A stretch of DNA of 64,000 bases from Octopus vulgaris (taxonomy: Eukaryota): assembly GCA_951406725.2 (NCBI GenBank), contig OX597817.1, forward strand, positions 24,552,001-24,616,000, in the 5' to 3' direction. The notes beneath the pieces were generated by a model that saw only the letters and a list, made by a program, of their open reading frames with translations, was not told the origin of the DNA and did no database searches. This document shows positions 50,087 through 62,087 of the stretch, piece after piece (positions within the stretch are counted from its first letter, which is position 1; the number at the start of each line of letters is the position of its first letter). A program made the translations under genes and the position numbers.

Positions 50087-50294
50087 CATGTGACCTCGTG
50101 AGCACCGCCAGCAATTTTTTTTCCTCTGTCTTCCCTTCTCGGGATCTTTCTTTCTCCTTTGTTTCCAACGAAGAGCTCTGCTCGAAACGTTAAACCCTCC
50201 TTCTTCCCTTCTTTCCTGAGCGTACAATAATACTTTATTTGTTCCACGTCCTCGCATTGCTGTGTTTTTTTTGTGTTTTCTTGTTTGGATTAAC
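50087..50294 (+). mobile_element. Penelope-like terminal repeat fragment
   Basis: CCAACGAAGAGCTCTGCTCGAAACGTT hammerhead-like core; flanked by microsatellite; second close copy at 46279. Confidence 0.6.
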
Positions 50295-50973
50295 TCTCTC
50301 TCTCTATATATATATATATATACACACATATATATATTTTTCCAGCAGTTGAATGAATAACAGCATTTAAGAATTAATAAATAATAGAACATTTGATCAC
50401 TGCAATAAAGAGATATATAATATCAAAATGATTACCAGCATTTTGGCAATCATTTTGGTGTCTTTAGTCATTATTAATATATGAAGATTTGAAGATAATG
50501 AAAAGTTACATAACCTCCTGTAGGATCTGATAACTTTCTTGATTTACCCACTTTTTAATATACCATCGGCAAAGTTCCAGAACATTCTATAAGCGATTTG
50601 GCAGGAAGATTTCAGCTCACCTGTTGATCTGGCTGGTGAGCCACAATCACATGAGCTGAATGCTTTGTGGCAGCTGCAATCCAAATTTGGGAAAAATGAA
50701 TATGATAGTTCAGAACAAAATGTCATTTCACTACAATACCTTTTGCAATACAAAGTCTGAAAACCACTGCATGAAGGTATGTTTTGAGAAAAATCACCTG
50801 CTATTTCTAGTTGGTTGAATGACTATATAGAGGCAAACTTCTTCATTGGTTCATATTAGGGTGTATATAAGAGGATGCAGAGACTGTGCCAGGGTCTGAT
50901 TCTTTCTATAATAAATCAGTTGTCTTTTACATTGAATGCTGCTACAGTAAATGGTATTGACCAACACTCATAA

Positions 50974-51204
50974 GACGGCGAGCTGGCAGAAACGTTAGCA
51001 TGCCGGGCGAAATGCTTAGTGGTATTTCATCTGCCGCTACGTTCTGAGTTCAAATTCTGCTGAGGTTGACTTTGCCTTTCATCCTTTCGGGGTTGATAAA
51101 TTAATTACCAGTTACGCTCTGGGGTCGATTTCATCGACTTAATCCGTTTGTCTTTCCTTGTTTGTCCCCTCTGTGTTTAGCCCCTTGTGGGTAGTAAAGA
51201 AATA
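50974..51204 (+). mobile_element. SINE family B (full length)
   Basis: GGCGAGCTGGCAGAAACGTTAGC head, GAGTTCAAAT B-box-like motif, TSD TATTGACCAACACT. Confidence 0.9.
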
Positions 51205-51673
51205 GTTATTGACCAACACTGCAGTCTAATTTTGATTTTATGCATTGGCATGAGGCTGATCAAATTCTTTCTGCTTTTCTCTGGATATAATAAAATATGC
51301 AACACACTGATTCTTTTTCACTTAACTAAATTCCTTACTAACAAGATAAAATAGATTTCATCAATTTTCGACAGTTTTATTTAGATTTTATGGTAAATTA
51401 GCAAAACTTTGGACTATAACAATTAAAAAAAAAAGAGTGATAATTTTTCCCAATAAAAAACAGACAGAAACTTTTTATATATTTGGATTAATAAGATGTT
51501 CTTAGTATGGAAAATATGAGTCTTGTAACTAAATTAATAATTGGTGATTTTTAAATTTTGACAACAAAATCAAAAATGTCCAACAAAACTTTTTAAGTAC
51601 TTAAATGATTGAAAGATATTATTTTCATAATTGAATTAGCAATTTAACAGAAATAATAAAATTTTCCATTTCA

Positions 51674-51978
51674 CCCTTTTGAGAACCAACCCACCTGATC
51701 TCTTTTGGTTCCATGACACAAAACTGATGGTTTTATAGCGTTCTAGTTTAAATTAAAACTATCCATCATAATTTTATTTAAGCAATATTTTATGTTCTAA
51801 ACAACAGCTTAATAAGAATAAAGATTGTAATTTTATGAAATCCTCCATATTGTAATTATTTTCAAATTTAATTGAAAAATTTAGACAATATCTTTCAGTA
51901 TAAGTTAAACTTACATAACTAGATTTGAATAGAAATATCTTTGCAACAGATGAACAATATTTTAAAAGAAATAAAGGG
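51674..51978. mobile_element. degenerate piggyBac-type MITE
   Basis: TTCA|CCCTTT...AAAGGG|TTAA. Confidence 0.55.
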
Positions 51979-52259
51979 TTAACTTACATTTTAACCATGT
52001 CTTTTCTGAATTTGGGTAAACTGCTTTATAATAAGAAGGAAAAAAGGAAACTGAATATTTATTTATTATTAATATTTAATAGATAACCAATATAAGTACT
52101 AGAATTGTACAGACAAATGGTTGCTTATTACTTTATGTAGTAACCCAAGAAATTTTGATGAATAAAAATAATATTTGTGATGAGAACAATCATTATCTAA
52201 ATGATTGATTTTAATTGAAAAAAAAAGACAAAGTGAGATCTTCTGAATTTAAATTAAAT

Positions 52260-52700
52260 GTGGAGAGGTATGTAGTAATATATATCTGGAAGATCCTGGA
52301 AGGAATTGTGCCAAATTTTGGCATTGAAAGCTACACCAATGCCAGAATGGGATGACACTGCATAGTGCCAAAGATCCCAGCAATGTCATCACACTTCAGG
52401 ACCAGTTACTGCAACAGCCTGGGTTTCAAGGGCCCACATCTTTTTAATATTCTCCCAAAGAGTCTGAGGAACTTGCACAAAGTAGATGTAGGGGTTTTTA
52501 AATCAAAGCTGGACCTCTTCCTGTCGAGTATCCCAGATGAACCTATCTCATGGCAAAAGGTGCAAATGAGGATAGCTATATAAAACTCCATTCTTCACCA
52601 AGTGCCACATATTAAAGGAGGTTCTTAGTAATAACAGTGTAGCAAAAGGCGGTGCATCAGCATGGCCGTGGCTCTGAGCTGTTTCTAAAAAGAAAAAAAA
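52260..52700 (+). mobile_element. CR1-group LINE 3' fragment
   Basis: IYIWKILEGIVPN...GPHLFNILPKSLRN...FKSKLDLFLSSIPDEP followed by a 3' UTR and an A-rich tail. Confidence 0.75.
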
Positions 52701-52997
52701 ATATAGTGAGGGATGGGCATAATATTTAGCTCTACAATGAATACTGGGCATATTTTGGATTTATTAAACTTCATTATCAAAGAATAATCTAAGTGTGATT
52801 TCCTTAGCCCTTCGTAATTCCTGATTAATTAGTAACACAAATAAAGATCATTGAGGCCATGCCCATATTGTTTTCCATCAGTTACAGTTCATTTAGGACT
52901 ACATTATCCAATGTATTCCTTCTCTAAGATTGTAGGGGAAAATTTAAAAGGAAAACTAACTGCTATTTCTAACAGGCCAAGTGAAGTCATCTCTCTC

Positions 52998-53292
52998 ACC
53001 CTTTTCAAGCCTAGCCAGGCTCATGGGCCCAGTTTCTGTGGCGTATGTGTTCCCCCCAGCTGGACTGGACACCAGTTCATCACAGCATTACTCAAGAAAC
53101 AGGAAGAGAGAGTGAGAGAAAGTTGTGGTGAAAGAGTACAACAGGGGTCACCACCACTCCCTGCTGGAGCCTTGTGGAGCTTTCAGGTGTTTTCGCTCAA
53201 TAAACACACACAATGCCTGGTCTGGGAATTGAAACCGCGATCCTTCAACCGCAAGTCCGCTGCCCTAACCACTGGGGTTTTGCATCTCCACA
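52998..53292 (-). mobile_element. SINE family D (tail type 1)
   Basis: Head shared with 8436 and tail shared with 6274. Confidence 0.75.
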
Positions 53293-54371
53293 AGTGATGT
53301 CATAGATAACACATAATGGGCAGTGCTTCCCCAAACCTTGTATTTGAAAATGGAGATAACTGGATGAAGTTAGCTTGTGCAATATTTAGTTTAAATTGTT
53401 GCATTTAAATGGTCACTAAGAAATATAGGAACAGATATGTTTCTGAGATGGAATGAATGAGAAAAGAGTTCAGTGCAGGAAAATGTTGTATGAGATTTGG
53501 TGGTAGAAAAAAGTCAGTGTGTTAAGGAAATGTGTGTACATGTGTGTGCATTCATGTGTGTGTGTGTACACATGTGCCAGTTTTTGCGTATGTGTGTGTA
53601 GTTCAAATAGAACTGAATTTTGTTATCTACTCACAGGTCTTCCCTGATACAACAGATCCATGATCAATGCAGAGGCAAATCCTAGCTTTTAAACCAGAGC
53701 TTAAAAATTTAAAGATCAAAACCGTAAAACTGATAAAATGTTCATGCACATAGCATGTATGTACCATCTCTCATAAAAACGAAAGATGTGTAACAGAATC
53801 CAAATTCTTATTTTGCATTCATTTATATATTTTGCAACACATATCTCTGTAAAAGGCACATGTTGCATTCTTTGCATTCATGCAGAAAGAGCCTTTGATT
53901 CAAAAACATTTTCCACATTCAACCTTTTTATCATTTTCCTGTGGTGGGTACCCAGGATAACACTATCTACTGTATCTTTAACTAAGCTCGACCTTGTTTT
54001 TAAAGCATTGGACATCAAGAGTTACATTACCCTGGAAACATATATATGCACCTCCTTCGATTTTAAGACAAAAGAGTATGACAGAGTATTTGATATTTAG
54101 TTGGTATTTCTAGCAGGTCAATTGACCCCAGAGATTTTCTCTCACTGAGTTATTGTCACAATGTATATGTATGAAGGAGCACTATTTACACCTTGAATTC
54201 ATATAAGATTAGCTAACTGCTATTTGTCATTATACCATAACAGTTGTCCTCTAATACCAAAACTGAAAATGAATCAAAAGTGAATATCTATGTTGATGCT
54301 CGACCCACAATAAACAGCAGCCAAAGCACCATCAAATCATATCCATTTGTCTTAAAATGAAAGGAGACGCA

Positions 54372-54591
54372 TACTCTTTTACTCTTTTACCTTGTTTCAG
54401 TCATTTGACTGCGGCCATATTGGAGCACCACCTTTAGTGGAGCAAATCGACCCCAGGACACTTATTCTTTGGAAGCCTAGTACTTATTCTATTGGTCCCT
54501 TTTGTCGAACCACTAAGTTACTGGGACGTAAACACACCAACATCGGTTGTCAAGCAATATTGGGGGGACAAACACCGACACACAAACATAT

Positions 54592-54622
<31 letters not shown>

Positions 54623-54793
54623 CATATATACGATGGGCTTCTTTCAGTTTCTGTCTACCAAATCCGCTCACAAGGCTTTGGTCAGCCCGAGGCTATAGTT
54701 GAAGACACTTGCCCAAGGTGCCACGCAGTGGGAATGAATCCGGAACCATGTGGCTGGTAAGCAAGCTGCTTACCACACAGCCACTCCTGCGCC
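54372..54793 (-). mobile_element. SINE family A (full length)
   Basis: Matches family A. Confidence 0.9.
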
Positions 54794-55667
54794 AAGATAT
54801 ATGTTTTCAGGATAATGTAACTCCCAATGTCCAATGCTTCAAGAACAAGGCCAAGATGATTGTAGATTCAATGCTTTTGCTCATAGCTTCAATGAATCAA
54901 GGTTAAAATGAGGCTGGGAAATCGAAATAATGATGTAAATGTTACAAAAGCTCATTTAGACATTTACTAATTGATTATATTCACTTGTTAATCTGATGTT
55001 TGATGGTAACAGAAAGAGGAAAAATATTCCTTGGCTTTACTTTAGTGATTTTCCTATCTAATTTCAAATGTGGATCTTATTTCCAAGTAATGTAAACTAT
55101 GTGAAATAATTATCAAAACAAGATAAAACTGGACTTTTGGTTTCCATGCAGAAATTTTAGCTTCTACTAAAATTAAATATTATGTAGTTCATTAGTAAAT
55201 TATACTGATTGTATCTGTTCATTTGTTGTATATATCTTATGTAAAGTATATATGATAATATTTAACACTATGACTTTGAACATTCTTTAATATTACCACT
55301 GTAAAGCATATCACTAAATGTAAAATTTACCACATACTTAAAAATGTCTACTGGGAAGGAAGAATCCTATATAACATGATAGAAGTATTTATTCTCAGAA
55401 ATTCTTTAATCTCAGATCTTCCATTGGAATTCAATAAATTATTTCTTTCTTGGGCTATTTTTCTTATACCAACTTCCAACTTCTTTTAAATTAAATTGTT
55501 TGAAACTTGAGACATATTTTTTCCTTCATGGGCAAATTTATGTCAGACTTTCAAGAGTAAAAACTAAACTTAGGCTCTGCCTCAAGCATAAGATGAACTG
55601 AAATCATTATTTTTCTAGAAGCATAAAATAAATCAATATTAAAGTGTCTAGTATTGTATCTGGAATA

Positions 55668-56025
55668 TAATCTCATTCTCGCTCACAACATCATAAGCGG
55701 AAAGTGCAACCTCTTGAAAGAGCTGTTCTTCACTCCTGCTCCAGAGCGTGGGCTGCGGGGTCACTCCGAAAAGCTATATCTACGAGGATTTCATCTCAAT
55801 CGAAGGAGAGGGGCTTTCTCCATCCGGATTGCGGTTCCGTGGAATAAGCTGCCGGACGTGATAGTGAAGATGCCGGCGACCGCTCGGTTCAAAGTCATTT
55901 TTGACCAGAAATGGCCTGAACTCTTTGTATGACCACCCTCCCTGTACATAACTCCCTGTCCCACTACATGGCCTTGCTTTTGCTTTTTGAGCCAATACAA
56001 ATTGAACTGAATTGAATTGAATTGA
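55668..56025 (+). mobile_element. CR1-clade LINE 3' fragment with (ATTGA)n tail
   Basis: LRGHSEKL...RRGAFSIRIAVPWNKLP...FKVIFD, a short 3' UTR and a pentanucleotide tail. Confidence 0.85.
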
Positions 56026-56276
56026 AAAAAAATCTTCACTTTTTAATTTGTACTTAGAAGTGTCGTAGCCTACTTGATAACATTAATGGAAAATGTTAAT
56101 GGGCATCTTTATACATTTATGTCGTTGAGTTGTGTAACGTTCAGTATCATGTCTTCGGAAGCTTTGTTCTCTGCAGCTTCATCTGTGATTTGTATCTAAG
56201 TTGTTTGGGACATTTCGATAGTCGTGAAAAAAAAGTGCATGAACAATATTAGTTATAGAAAGAAGTGAAGTGAACT

Positions 56277-56436
56277 AGGAGTGGCCGTGTGGTAAGTAGC
56301 ATGCTTACGAACCACATGGTTCTGGGTTCATTCCCACTGCATGGCACCTTAGGCATGTGTCTTCTACTGTAGCCTCGGGCCGACCAAAGCCTTGTGAGTG
56401 GATTTGGTAGATGGAAACTGAAAGAAGCCTGTCGTA

Positions 56437-56474
<38 letters not shown>

Positions 56475-56679
56475 TGTGTGTGTGTCTGTGTTTATCCCCC
56501 CAACATCGCTTGACAACCGATGCTGGTGTGTTTACGTCCCCGTAACTTAGCAGTTCAGCAAAAGAGACCGATAGAATAAGTACTAGACTTACAAAGAATA
56601 AGTCCTGGGGTCGATTTGCTCGACTAAAGGCGGTGCTTCAGTATGGCCACAGTCACATGACTGAAACAAGTAAAAAGAG
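56277..56679 (+). mobile_element. SINE family A
   Basis: Matches family A. Confidence 0.9.
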
Positions 56680-56859
56680 CATCATTTTATACTTTTAGAT
56701 CTACTCATGTCACAGTTGACAATGCATAAAATCCCTTCAGTTTCAAATAAGTGCTCGGCATATTTTGAAGTTGAATTTTATCAATAATTCTCCTTCCATG
56801 GAAATGTTTGACAATGCACCAAAGTAAGTAGCAGTGGTTAATCAAAGCAGAGTTGAGTA

Positions 56860-57293
56860 TGTAACAGGATGAGAGGTCCCCACACTGGATGGGTGCAGCT
56901 CGCATCCTTTACATAAAAATATTAATCGAAGGAAAGAGTCAAGACTTCTGGTTAACTTCAACAGCATAAATATTTTATTTCTGGATTCGCAATATATATA
57001 TTCCTCTTTCTGGGCGAATTGGCAGCCTAGGAGCTTGTCACAGTAGTCAAGTGGAGTGAGCCAAATCCTGTCCGTTCAAGCATAGTGTAGCAACGCCACG
57101 AGGTAGCAGCTTGAGAGAGGTGCTAAAACACAACTGTCTTGTTCGGCTGTCAGCATTTGAGAGGATGATACGAGGGAAATTTCGCTGCTGCTAGTTTTCT
57201 GTGCATGCACATGAGGGGACTTCTGGCAGGCCTCCCGGAAGAATCCAACTCTGCGCATGCGTGCTGGAGATTTCCAAGATGGGGGTCACTACA
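56860..57293 (-). mobile_element. probable solo LTR (434 bp)
   Basis: GC-richer block bounded by TGTA...TACA, with TATATATA then AATAAA on the minus strand; no clean 4-6-bp TSD (only TA on both sides). Confidence 0.45.
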
Positions 57294-57389
57294 TATGCCT
57301 ATTTTTTCATAGACTTCAGTTAAGAGTAAATATTCCGTAAAACATTAGGTGAATTATGCATTACAGGAAAATTAATCATTATGCAGTAG

Positions 57390-57553
57390 TATATGTGTAT
57401 ATATATATATATATGTATGTGTGTCTTTGTGTAGCTGTGTTTGTCCCCCCCAGAAACACTTGACAACCGATGCTGGTGTGTTTACGTCCCTGTAACTTAG
57501 CGGTTTGGCAAAAGAGACTGATAGAATAAGAACTAAGCTTAGTTACAAGATCT
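57390..57553 (+). mobile_element. SINE family A internal fragment
   Basis: CTTGACAACCGATGCTGGTGTGTTTACGTCCC...GATAGAATAAG. Confidence 0.8.
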
Positions 57554-57916
57554 GGATTCGCAATATATACATTCTTCTTTCAGGGTGAATCAGCAGCCTA
57601 GGAGCTCGTCGCAGTAGTCAAGTGGAGTGAGCCAAATCCTGTCCGTTCAAGCATAGCATAGCAATGCTTCAAGACTGATAGAATAAGTACTAAACTCAGT
57701 TATAAGATCTCTTCATCTCATAGTAATTTATGGCTATGTACTGCAGCTACACAAGTATACTAATTGGTTGATTAAAACATTCGAAGTATGAAGATAACTT
57801 TTTTTTTACCAGCAGTTAAAATTAAAATTTCTCACCTCATTTATAAATCATTCACACCCTTGTTTTACTATATCCTATAGAATCATCTAGATACATATCA
57901 CATATATAGAAACATA

Positions 57917-58101
57917 TACTACTACTACTACTACCACCACCACCACCACCACTACTACTACTACCACCACCACCAGCATCACCACTACTACCACCACCAC
58001 CCACCACCACCACCACCATCACTACTACTACCACCACCACCAGCATCACCACTACTACCACCACCACCACCACCACCACCACCACTACTACTACCACCAC
58101 C

Positions 58102-58132
<31 letters not shown>

Positions 58133-58164
58133 CCACCACCACCACCACCACTACTACTACTACC

Positions 58165-58199
<35 letters not shown>

Positions 58200-58257
58200 C
58201 ACTACCACCACCACCACTACTACTACTACCACCGCCACCACTGCCACTGCTGCTGCA
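57917..58257. repeat. compound (ACC)n/(ACT)n trinucleotide repeat
   Basis: Direct reading; explains the poly-V and poly-G/S ORFs. Confidence 0.95.
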
Positions 58258-58375
58258 TTGTCTGTAGATGAGCGCTATCAACCACTTATCTCTTCAATTT
58301 ATCTTTCCTGCATTGCTATTGGTAAATTGCTCTTCAGTAGACCTGAGTCTTCACTTAGTCAAAGATAAATATATT

Positions 58376-58545
58376 ACTTTCTACAATATGCACAAGGCCT
58401 GAAATCTTGTGGGGGGAGGAGTGTATTGATTAAATCAGTCCCTGTGTGCAACTTGTACTTATTTTATTGACCTTCACAAAAGAAGGCAAAGTTGACCTCA
58501 ATGGAATTTGAACTCAAAATGTAAAGACAGACAAAATTCCACTCA
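58376..58545 (-). mobile_element. old SINE family B relative
   Basis: AAGGCAAAGTTGACCTC...GGAATTTGAACTC. Confidence 0.6.
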
Positions 58546-58559
58546 GCTCATCACCACCT

Positions 58560-58939
58560 TACTCTTTTACTCTTTTGACTGTGGCCATGCTGGAGTACCA
58601 CTTTTAGTCGAGGAAATCGACCCCAGGACTTATTCTTTGTAAGCCTAGTACTTATTCTATCGGTTTCTTTTTGCCGAACCACTAAGTTACGGGGACATAA
58701 ACACACCAGCATCGGTTGTCGAGCGATGTTGGGGGAACAAACACAGACACACAAACATATACACACACATACATATATTTATATATATATATACGATGGG
58801 CTTCTTTCAGTTTCTGTCTACCAAATCCACTCACAAGGCTTTGGTTGGCCCAAGGCACTAGTAGAAGACACTTGCCATGCTGTGGGACTGAACCCGGAAC
58901 CATGTGGTTAGTAAGCAAGTAACTTCCCATACAGCCACA
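58560..58939 (-). mobile_element. SINE family A
   Basis: Matches family A with small deletions. Confidence 0.88.
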
Positions 58940-59324
58940 TTAACTGGAACTCATCATAACAGACAGAATGCAAGTTTTGTTACATCATGTCACACAGCCC
59001 TGTCACATGTGATGCTACTTCAAAGTAGATTACGCCACTCCCCACCATTTCACCCCACATTCCACCACAACACAATGTGCTGATTCTCACTACCGTACAC
59101 CATACCATAATGCGTCTCACTACTCCGCACCACTTCGACACACCATTCCATTACATCACACAACATAGTTTGGATTTTATGGAAAGAGTTAAAGTAGATA
59201 ATTACTGGGGTAAATTTAATCCACAAACTTACTCCCTGAAATAGCAACCTTTGTACTTCTGTGAGAAACATTACTATCAATGTAATCATTGTTATTCTTG
59301 ATGGTGGTAGTGGTGTTTCTGCCA

Positions 59325-59553
59325 GTGGCGAGCTGGTAGAAACCTTAGCACGCCAGGTGAAATGCGTAGCCGTATTTCGTCTACCTTTACGTTCTGAGTT
59401 CAAATTCTACTGATGTCAACTTTGCCTTTCATCCTTTCAGGGTTGATAAATTAAGTACCAGTTACGCACTGGGCTCGATGTAACCGACTTAATCCGTTTG
59501 TCTGTCCTTGTTTGTCCCCTCTGTGTTTAGCCCCTTGTGGGTAGTAAAGAAAT
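59325..59553 (+). mobile_element. SINE family B
   Basis: Matches family B; GGTAG..GTGTTTCT on both flanks. Confidence 0.9.
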
Positions 59554-59784
59554 AGGTAGCTGTGTTTCTTTTGTTAATAGCAAAACCAATATACAGCAAA
59601 ATATTGTTGGCAGCTGCAGCAGTAGTAGTAGTGGTGGTCGCAGCAGCAGAAGCAGCAGTAGCAGTAATAGTAGTAGTAGTAGTTTCAATGATATTGGTCT
59701 CAAAATTCAGCCTGATACAAATATAACTATTAAATTATTGGATATTTAAATTGAATAACTTATGTTTGGGCAATGTGCATACAG

Positions 59785-59817
<33 letters not shown>

Positions 59818-61677
59818 ATTTTGGTGTGCGTATAGATATATATTTAAGTTACAGAGCAAAAACTTTGCTCTTTTGCTTGATTTCTTTTTATGAATACTGT
59901 TTACTATTCTGAAGCTGTCCCTAGAAAAGATCTTGATTAAAGGTTAATGAGAACCAGCACAACCACCTACACTGCTACTACTATTACTACTACCATCAAC
60001 ACCAAAACCACCACCATCAACAACAACAACAACACCGAAACTATCATCATTGTTGTTGTTGTTATTTGTTTCTTTTATTAATGGTAAATTAGAAAATGTA
60101 AATTTTCTTCAAAGCAGACAAATACACCCCAGGCATAATACTTATTTATGCCTTGTCACAATAGTTCTTCAATTGGAAAATGCCTGCTCACTTCATAAAA
60201 TAATTCTAATATTTCAATTTGAAAGCATTTTAGTATGTTTTTTTTTTTTTTGTTTTTTGGGGTTTTTTTTTGGTTTTTATTTACCTCTTGATGTGGGTTT
60301 TGAAATGTTTTTTGTTTTTGCATTAAATTTATTTTTGCATTGAAATTCTTTATTTTTCATTCATGTTTAAATTTTCTTTTGATTGATTGTTTTATTTTCA
60401 CCCATTACAAAACACTTTGGTAAATATAGAATTCAGACATTAGGAAACTATTCCTTTAGTATTTAGTATTGCTGTTCTTTGTCTATTTACTAGCAGCACA
60501 TTGAAATAATCAGCTTGAAGCGAAACAAACCTGTCAATGCAAATTTCAACACTTATCTCCAAGGCATTAATGCCAATATTGAAGAGGAACTGGATTATTT
60601 TGAATTCTATTTTTTTTTTTGTAGTTCGTTTTATTTTATTTTATTTTATTTTATTTTTATTACATTAGCAATTGTATAACATTACAAACAAATCCCCTGT
60701 CTCAGAACAAATCAGAACTAAACAGAAAGGAACCAAAAATTAAATGAAGAAATATTTAATAAAAAAACAAAAAACAAGTAAAAAATGAACACAAAAAAAC
60801 ATTAATGCAGAAATGTTTTATGAAAGCTTCGAAACTATTTAGAATATAGTTAAGTGAAATAACTACACTTGAAATAAATCACTTTGTTCATTGTATATAA
60901 CTTATTCTTTTGCAATAGAGTAATTTAGATATAGGACAAAAAAACACAAAATGGCAACATTTCCAGCATCATTTCTAATTTCAATACACAAAATAACTGA
61001 AACATGATATGTTTCAAGACTTTCATCTAGTAATAAGTTGATGATATGTACATTAGCAATATATAAAAATTCATACTGTTAGTGATGCGTATTTGATTTT
61101 AACTGAACTTTATGTGTAACCAAAATCTATTATACTGTTAATTTGTCATTAAAGAAATCATACGATGATCAAATTTGGCCTTATAATGATTTCTTATTAG
61201 ATCTGATCAGATCAAAGAAAAATTGAAATTAGAGCTGTATGCCATATATTATTGTACTTTTATTGAAGTCCTAGACCGACACTAAGCATCATCACTTTGT
61301 AATAGAATTTATCTGACTCTTTTCTCAGTTGCTTGTTTCGCTGACAGTGTTTAATCTGATGTCTCTCATGACTCCAATTTACATAGAAAATCCAGTTAAC
61401 ATATGCACCATCACTTGTTCCATATCCCTAGAAATCAAAATAGCTAGGTAATGCAATATGAATAGGTCTGTATCAAGGGGATATCTGACATGCTGTCCCA
61501 CAGAAGATTCACAATATCCTGATAACGGATTGATACTATCATGATAATAGATTGAATAAATTATAAATGTAAATGTATGTTGTGTCTTCACCACTGCCAA
61601 TGTTTATAACAATGAATGACTCAACACAGTGATATATATAGTTTTAAGTTCATATGCTAACCATCAGCTTGAATACA

Positions 61678-61719
61678 CATATATGTATATATATATATGT
61701 ATATGTATATATATGTATG

Positions 61720-61750
<31 letters not shown>

Positions 61751-62087
61751 GTATGTATATATATATATATGTATATATATGTATGTATATATATATGTAT
61801 GTGTATGTATGTATGTATATATATATGTATATATATGTATGTATATATATATGTATGTATATATATATGTATGTATATATATATATATATGTATGTATAT
61901 ATATATGTATGTATATATATATGTATGTATATATATATGTATGTATATATATATGTATGTATATATATATGTATGTATATATATATATATGTATATATAT
62001 ATGTATGTATATATATATATATGTATATATATATGTATGTATATATATATGTATGTATATATATATTTGTGTATATATGTATGTATA
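61678..62087. repeat. (TATG)/(TA)n microsatellite
   Basis: Direct reading. Confidence 0.95.

Noticed and set aside
50590-50780. Coding-looking plus-strand stretch (IWQEDFSSPVDLAGEPQ...) before an AG|GTATGT donor
   Set aside because: An in-frame stop precedes the donor, the frame is closed upstream, and no homology is recognised.
57852-58281. Poly-Val and Gly/Ser-rich ORFs
   Set aside because: Translation of an (ACC)/(ACT) trinucleotide repeat.
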